Source: an uncultured Gaiellales bacterium
GTDB taxonomy: Bacteria; Actinomycetota; Thermoleophilia; RBG-16-64-13
Assembly: GCA_964399135.1 (NCBI GenBank)
Contig: CAYNPL010000008.1
Span: 39,721 to 103,720 of the forward strand
Length of the DNA: 64,000 nucleotides
Direction of reading: 5' to 3'
Shown here: positions 59,555 through 64,000 of the stretch, in pieces
Layout of the letters: each line of letters begins with the position of its first letter
Position numbering within the stretch: the stretch's first letter is position 1
Notes under the pieces: model-generated
What the model was told of the DNA's origin: nothing
Database searches by the model: none
What the model saw: the letters and a program-made list of their open reading frames with translations, nothing else
Translations under genes and position numbers: made by a program

Positions 59555-60415
59555 CTACTCGACCAGATGAGCGTACACGATGACGTTGGAGAGATAGTGG
59601 CGAGTGGCGGGGTCGAAAACCCCTCCGCAGGTGATCAACCGCAGCACCGGTTCGGCGGTCTGGTTCCAGATCTTCTCGGTGGGGAGTTCGTTCTTGAGGA
59701 CTTCTTCCCTGGAATCGACCACAAACAAGGCTACGTCGCCGCTACCGTCATAGACTTGGATCTCATCGCCGGGTTGCAGGCGCTTGAGCTGGTAGAAGAC
59801 ATCGCGCTCGTGATTGTAGTAGACGTGAGCCACGATCACCGCCGGTCCGGGGGCCCCGGGCACCGGCCCGAGCTTGTACCAGCCCGCCTTCTGGGCGGGC
59901 GGTACCTCCATGACGCCCTCCTTCTCCACCCCCACCGGGATGATGTTGGCCCCCGTGCTGATGGCCGGTATGACGATACGCACGGGGTTCTGCAGGGGAT
60001 GGGTGTAAACGGTGGGACCGGTCGGGTCGGGCTCGGTCGTGTCGGTGGTGGGCGGGATTATCGTCACTCCCGGCTCGGTAGCCGGAGTACTGGGCGTTAT
60101 CGTCACCCCAGCCGACACGCCCGGGGCGGGCCCCTCGGCGGGCGACGATACCGCTGGGGAGGTCTCACCCGTCCCCAGCAGCACGATGGCGATGATCATG
60201 ACGACGATGAACCCGGCGAGACCGACCAGGATCCAGAAGGGCAGGCCCCGCCGGGACCGGCCGGACTCTCCTCGATCATCGTCCGCCGGCGCCGCCCCGG
60301 CCTCGACGGCCACCGAGCCGCCGCCACCCCTGGCGCCCCCGCCCGCGAACAGACCGGAAACGAAGCCCTTGGGCTCCACTTCGTAGTAGTTGATGTCGCC
60401 CTCGGTGTGCCTCAT
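59555..60415 (-). CDS. class E/F-type sortase, second copy (start trimmed to MRHTEGDINYYEV so it does not overlap the tmRNA)
   Basis: Same architecture as 57806..58549, with RLITCGG catalytic motif and shared blocks (GPVPGAPGPAVIVAHV, YHLRKLRAGDEI vs YQLKRLQPGDEI). Confidence 0.8.
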   Translation of the reverse strand: MRHTEGDINYYEVEPKGFVSGLFAGGGARGGGGSVAVEAGAAPADDDRGESGRSRRGLPFWILVGLAGFIVVMIIAIVLLGTGETSPAVSSPAEGPAPGVSAGVTITPSTPATEPGVTIIPPTTDTTEPDPTGPTVYTHPLQNPVRIVIPAISTGANIIPVGVEKEGVMEVPPAQKAGWYKLGPVPGAPGPAVIVAHVYYNHERDVFYQLKRLQPGDEIQVYDGSGDVALFVVDSREEVLKNELPTEKIWNQTAEPVLRLITCGGVFDPATRHYLSNVIVYAHLVE

Positions 60416-60467
60416 GCACCGCTCCGTTCGTCCGGCAGTGCCGCCGCTCCCCGAGCGGGCGGCCACA

Positions 60468-60830
60468 GGTGGAGGCGGGGGGAATCGAACCCCCGTCCGA
60501 AACCCGTCTGGCCCAGGTGTCTACGAGCATAGCCCCTACTACATGTCTCGCCTCGCGCCCCCGTAGGAGCAGGGTGCGTCCGGCCAGCCACCTTAGCGTC
60601 CCCCCGGCGCCGGCGACGCTCGCCGGGAGTGAGCCCGCCTGGTTTATGCCGCGGCCCTCTCCGGCAGGCGCGAGAGGCGCGACAGGCGCTTAAGCCTTGA
60701 TCAGACTAAGCGGCCAGAGCCAATTCAGGTTTGGCAATTGTTGTTTTCCAGCCTGTTTAACGAGAACGGCCGGGATCTCGGCTCGCTACCCGAACTCAGA
60801 CCTGAGCCCCGTCGAAACCATGTCGCCCCC
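60468..60830 (-). ncRNA. ssrA: tmRNA (ssrA)
   Basis: 5' end GGGGGCGACATGGTTTCGACGGGG... and 3' end ...GGACGGGGGTTCGATTCCCCCCGCCTCCACC are the tRNA-like domain halves (acceptor GGGGGCG/CGCCTCC, T-arm GGGGG-TTCGATT-CCCCC). An internal reading frame ends ...GCCAAACCTGAATTGGCTCTGGCCGCTTAG = ...AKPELALAA*. Confidence 0.85.
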
Positions 60831-60880
60831 ACGTGACTTAGGTGCCCGGTCCCTGAAACCGTGCTGCCTGAGCGCGGGGA

Positions 60881-61420
60881 TTATACCCCAGCGGGTGCCG
60901 GGCCATGCGTGAGAGGCAGGATGCTGCGCCGTACATCCTTCATCATGAGCACGAGGTGGCGCGGGTCTGTGGGCGAGGGCTCAAAGCCGTAGCGAAGGTA
61001 GAACGACTTGGCCTGATCGTTCTTAGCGTCGACCACGACCGCGCGGGCGCCCACAGTATCGGCGGCGAGGGCGCTCTTGCGCAGAGCCTCGATCAGCAAC
61101 GCCTCGCCCAGTCCCCGTCCTTGCTCAGAACAGTCGACCGCGAGGCGTCCGAGCACGATCACCGGTATGGCCTGCCTGCCCTGGCCCTCAGCCAACCTTG
61201 AAGGCGCCTCCGCGGGCTCCACTGACCCCGCCGCCAGGGTGAAATACGCCACCACCCTGGTGCCTCGACACACTACGTAGGTGCGCGACTTCTCAGCCCG
61301 TTGATCTCCGAGGGCCCACCGGGAGAGATAGACGTTCAGCGCCTCGATGCCACAATCGAACCCGGTCGTATCGTGCCCGGGATCGAGCGGCTCCGGCTCG
61401 AGCAGCGGCTCAGCGCTCAA
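60881..61420 (-). CDS. GNAT-family acetyltransferase toxin (TacT/AtaT/KacT-like type II toxin)
   Basis: GNAT fold with the acetyl-CoA site motif RGLGEALLIEALRKS. 179 aa. Overlaps the upstream DUF1778 gene by 11 nt. Confidence 0.7.
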   Translation of the reverse strand: MSAEPLLEPEPLDPGHDTTGFDCGIEALNVYLSRWALGDQRAEKSRTYVVCRGTRVVAYFTLAAGSVEPAEAPSRLAEGQGRQAIPVIVLGRLAVDCSEQGRGLGEALLIEALRKSALAADTVGARAVVVDAKNDQAKSFYLRYGFEPSPTDPRHLVLMMKDVRRSILPLTHGPAPAGV

Positions 61421-61694
61421 CGAACGGCCTCGGCTTGGCCGCCGCCTCCTTGAGAGCTTCGACCTCGCGTGCCGGACGGTCGAGCATCGCCACGAATTCC
61501 GCCCATTTCTCGGGCGGAAGGATGAATCGGGTGTGTTCCGCCACCACGTGCTCGGCAGAGCTGAGCGCAGCCTGCAGTATGAACGTGCTGGAACTCATGT
61601 GAGCCACCTGAGCAGCCCGCTCCACCAGTGCTTTCTCGTCGCTGGTGACCCGGATATCGAATCGTGCATCCTTGGTTTGTGCCGGTCGCGCCAT
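61410..61694 (-). CDS. DUF1778-family (RHH-like) antitoxin
   Basis: 94 aa, FDIRVTSDEKALVERAA ribbon-helix-helix-like N-terminus typical of TacA/AtaR/KacA antitoxins. Confidence 0.7.
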   Translation of the reverse strand: MARPAQTKDARFDIRVTSDEKALVERAAQVAHMSSSTFILQAALSSAEHVVAEHTRFILPPEKWAEFVAMLDRPAREVEALKEAAAKPRPFVER

Positions 61695-61760
61695 ATCATG
61701 CTTCCTCGTCGTGTGTGTACATTGTACGCACAGTCAGAGCGGCTGTCAATCCGAGGACAC

Positions 61761-62234
61761 TCACTCCCGGTCGCGCTCCCGCGAGCGGAAAGCCCGCTCC
61801 ATATCGCGCTGGGCCTCCTTCTTGGCCAGGGTCTGGCGCTTGTCGTAGGTGGTCTTGCCTTTGGCCAGGCCGAGCTCGACCTTGACCCGCCCGTCTTTGA
61901 AGTACAGCTTGGTGGGCACCAACGTGTACCCGGCCACCCGCACCTTCCCGTAAAGACGGCGCAGCTCGCGAGCGTGCACAAGCAACTTGCGGTTGCGCAG
62001 GGGGTCGTGGTTGAAGATGTTGCCCTGCTCGTAGGGGCTGATGTGAACCCCGATCAGGAACAGCTCCCCGTTCTCCACGGCGGCGTAGGAGTCGCGCAGG
62101 TTGACGCGGCCGGCCCGCAGGGACTTGACCTCGGTGCCGGTGAGGGCGATGCCGGCCTCCAGCGTCTCCTCGATGTGGTAGTCGTGGTAGGCCTTTTTGT
62201 TCTGGGCGATGAGCTTGGTGCCGGTGGGCTTCAT
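61761..62234 (-). CDS. smpB: SsrA-binding protein SmpB
   Basis: [32 protein letters not shown]... canonical SmpB with basic C-terminal tail. Confidence 0.95.
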   Translation of the reverse strand: MKPTGTKLIAQNKKAYHDYHIEETLEAGIALTGTEVKSLRAGRVNLRDSYAAVENGELFLIGVHISPYEQGNIFNHDPLRNRKLLVHARELRRLYGKVRVAGYTLVPTKLYFKDGRVKVELGLAKGKTTYDKRQTLAKKEAQRDMERAFRSRERDRE

Positions 62235-62271
62235 GGCCCGGAGTATACCGGAGTGTGCCGGGGGCTCAGCC

Positions 62272-63036
62272 CTAGTAGCAGGTCCATCCCCCGTCCACGA
62301 CTATGGCCTGCCCGTTGATGTAGGAGGAGCTCTCGGAGGCCAGGAAGATGGCCACCTCGGCGATCTCCTCCGACTCGCCGGGACGCTCGACCCAGCCCAT
62401 GCCCCTCATGGCCGTGGCCCGCAGACTCTCGTCGAACTCCTGCAGCCACTCGTCGCTGCCCACTTCCTTCTTGATCGACCCCGGGCAGATGGCATTGCAG
62501 CGGATGTTCTTGTTCGCATACATGAAGGCCGTGTTCTTGGTGAGCCCGATCAGGCCGTGCTTGGAAGCGGTGTAGGCCGCCCCGCCCCGGGAGCCGAACA
62601 GCCCGCTCACAGAGGCGATGTTGATGATCACGCCCCCGCCTTCCTTCTGGAACTCCTTGATGGCCCGGCGCATGGCGTAGGCCGGAGCCTCCAGGTTGAG
62701 CTTCATCACCTTGTCGAAGAGGGCGTCGTTGAACTCGCCCACCGGGCTGAAGTCGTCCATGAGCCCGGCATTGTTGACGAGCACGTCGAGCCGCCCGAAA
62801 CGGGCCACCGCGTCATCGATCATGCCCTCGATGTCGGCCTTCACCAGCATGTCGCCCACCCGGGGGATGATGGTGCCGGCGTATTCCCGGGCACTGGCCA
62901 GTTGCTCCAGACGCTTGGTGCCCATTGCCACGGCCAAGACGTTGGCGCCTTCATCGGCGAAGAGTGCCGTGATGGCCCTTCCCAGGCTGGAGCCGGCGCC
63001 GGTCACGACCACCGACTTGTTGTATAGTCTCATCAT
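62272..63036 (-). CDS. SDR-family short-chain dehydrogenase/reductase
   Basis: TGAGSSLG (TGxxxGxG) and catalytic YTASK (YxxxK). Start taken at MMRLYNKS after a GGAGG RBS. Confidence 0.8.
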   Translation of the reverse strand: MMRLYNKSVVVTGAGSSLGRAITALFADEGANVLAVAMGTKRLEQLASAREYAGTIIPRVGDMLVKADIEGMIDDAVARFGRLDVLVNNAGLMDDFSPVGEFNDALFDKVMKLNLEAPAYAMRRAIKEFQKEGGGVIINIASVSGLFGSRGGAAYTASKHGLIGLTKNTAFMYANKNIRCNAICPGSIKKEVGSDEWLQEFDESLRATAMRGMGWVERPGESEEIAEVAIFLASESSSYINGQAIVVDGGWTCY

Positions 63037-63050
63037 CGCCTCCATCACTC

Positions 63051-64000
63051 TCAGTTGTCGAAGAGCCACTTGTAGCGGATCTGCTGGGTGGTGTTGTAGA
63101 TGTCGAGGGTCTTGTAGAAGGCGTCCAGGTTGGCGATGGGGACGCCCGGAGGCACGTCGCAGCCTGTGGAGAGGACAAAGTTCTTGTGCTTGGTCATCTC
63201 CTCCAGCAGTTCCATGGTCTTCTTCTTGACCCCGTAGACTTCACCCATCTTCATGACCTTCAGCGGGTCGATGTTGCCGAAGGCAACCACGTCCTCGGGG
63301 ATTTGGGACATTATGTTGGCCATCTCCACCACATTGCCGAAGTGCAGGGCCCTGGCCCCGGTGAAGAGCATGGCGCTCACCAGCACCTCAGTGTTGCCAC
63401 AGTTGTGCAGCACCACCAAGAACTCCTCGTCTTGGACCTCGTCCACGATCGGCTTGATGTATTCGGAAGAGAATTTCTGGCAGAACGCCGGTGAGATCAG
63501 CCCCGCGGCGGGCTCAGCGATGACCACTCCGTTGGCGCCGGTGTCCTTGAAGGCGCGGGCGTACTCGAGCAAGAAGGCGGCGCACTTCTCGAGCAAGAGT
63601 TGGACCACCTCGGGATCGCGGCGCAGGGTGAGCATCAGCCGGCTCATGTCGAACAAGCGGCAGGCCAGAGAGAAGGGACCGATCATGCCTCCCAAGACCG
63701 GCCGGTCGGGGATGTGCTCGGCGGCCAGCCGGGCCGCTTTGAGGTATTCGGACGTCCTCCCCGCGCCCACCGGGGGGACCTGAAGGGCCGCGATGCTCTC
63801 CCGGTCGGAGACGAGGGGAGCGGTGACGGACGGCGGCTCGGTGTCGGACAGCTTGACCGGGCAGCCGAAGGCCTCGGCCTCCACCGAGAGGTCCATGGCG
63901 GTGAGGACCGCCACCGACGGGTACCGCTCGGCCAGGGCCCGCATGCACTCGAACTGGACCTGGCCGTCGAAGAAGAGGTCGCTGACCGGCTTGCCCAGCA
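63051..64000 (-). CDS. uroporphyrinogen-decarboxylase (URO-D) superfamily protein, MtaA/CmuA-like methyltransferase-type; N-terminus beyond the window end
   Basis: 297 aa in the track. The frame stays open to coordinate 64000. URO-D-like TIM barrel blocks (PVLGGMIGPFSLA..., DTGANGVVIAEPAAG, HNCGNT). Confidence 0.65.
   Translation of the reverse strand, partial: LGKPVSDLFFDGQVQFECMRALAERYPSVAVLTAMDLSVEAEAFGCPVKLSDTEPPSVTAPLVSDRESIAALQVPPVGAGRTSEYLKAARLAAEHIPDRPVLGGMIGPFSLACRLFDMSRLMLTLRRDPEVVQLLLEKCAAFLLEYARAFKDTGANGVVIAEPAAGLISPAFCQKFSSEYIKPIVDEVQDEEFLVVLHNCGNTEVLVSAMLFTGARALHFGNVVEMANIMSQIPEDVVAFGNIDPLKVMKMGEVYGVKKKTMELLEEMTKHKNFVLSTGCDVPPGVPIANLDAFYKTLDIYNTTQQIRYKWLFDN

Noticed and set aside
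60416-60467. Sortase-2 ORF-track start at 60466 overlapping the tmRNA 3' end
   Set aside because: Would make the CDS run into the tmRNA acceptor stem. The internal ATG (MRHTEGDINYYEV, 60415) is used instead.

Overview
High-G+C, very gene-dense window with almost all genes on the minus strand and frequent 4-nt GTGA/ATGA start-stop overlaps. It reads as conserved core chromosome of a rod-shaped, Actinomycetota-like bacterium rather than an accessory island. The gene order is listed here in ascending coordinates; since most genes are on the minus strand, transcription runs in the reverse of this listing. pcrA (runs off the window start) | larE-like + thiF/moeB-like | LytR_C protein - nadD - proA - proB - obg - rpmA - rplU | RNase E/G + fused radical-SAM (TIGR03960 + DUF2344) + an uncharacterized ORF | rodA - PBP2 - mreD - mreC - mreB - maf - ndk | Zn-ribbon membrane protein + unannotated 40-aa micro-ORF | folC - valS - lon - clpX - clpP - tig | array of 5 tRNAs (Leu, His, Arg, Gly, Pro) | a short plus/minus block (NAD-epimerase, RD-repeat hypothetical, PfkB kinase, MTA phosphorylase, DUF1844, ECF sigma/anti-sigma) | tRNA-Pro | addA - addB with a divergently transcribed fused PafBC-like double WYL regulator | DUF360 holin-like protein, orphan PilT ATPase, HDAC-family deacetylase, NlpC/P60 and amidase wall hydrolases, CapA | ADP-forming acetyl-CoA synthetase-like protein, CDF metal exporter | sortase - candidate sorted surface protein - sortase | tmRNA - GNAT/DUF1778 toxin-antitoxin - smpB | SDR oxidoreductase and a URO-D/MtaA-family protein running off the end. 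I found no CRISPR array, IS element, integrase or prophage body. The points I rate highest: (1) a perfect 7-1-7 palindrome fused to a TACAAT -10 directly upstream of addB, matching the spacing of the PafBC-dependent RecA-NDp motif, next to a fused pafBC; (2) the tmRNA/TA/smpB arrangement; (3) a two-sortase locus flanking one substrate with a non-canonical sorting signal; (4) a three-cysteine LarE-type sulfur-insertion enzyme paired with an E1-like ThiF and no lar genes in view; (5) two divergent, apparently leaderless genes sharing one -10 hexamer. All family calls come from motif recognition in hand translations or the ORF track. No database search was run. Hand-derived coordinates (tRNAs, tmRNA, micro-ORF, trimmed starts) may be off by a few nucleotides.
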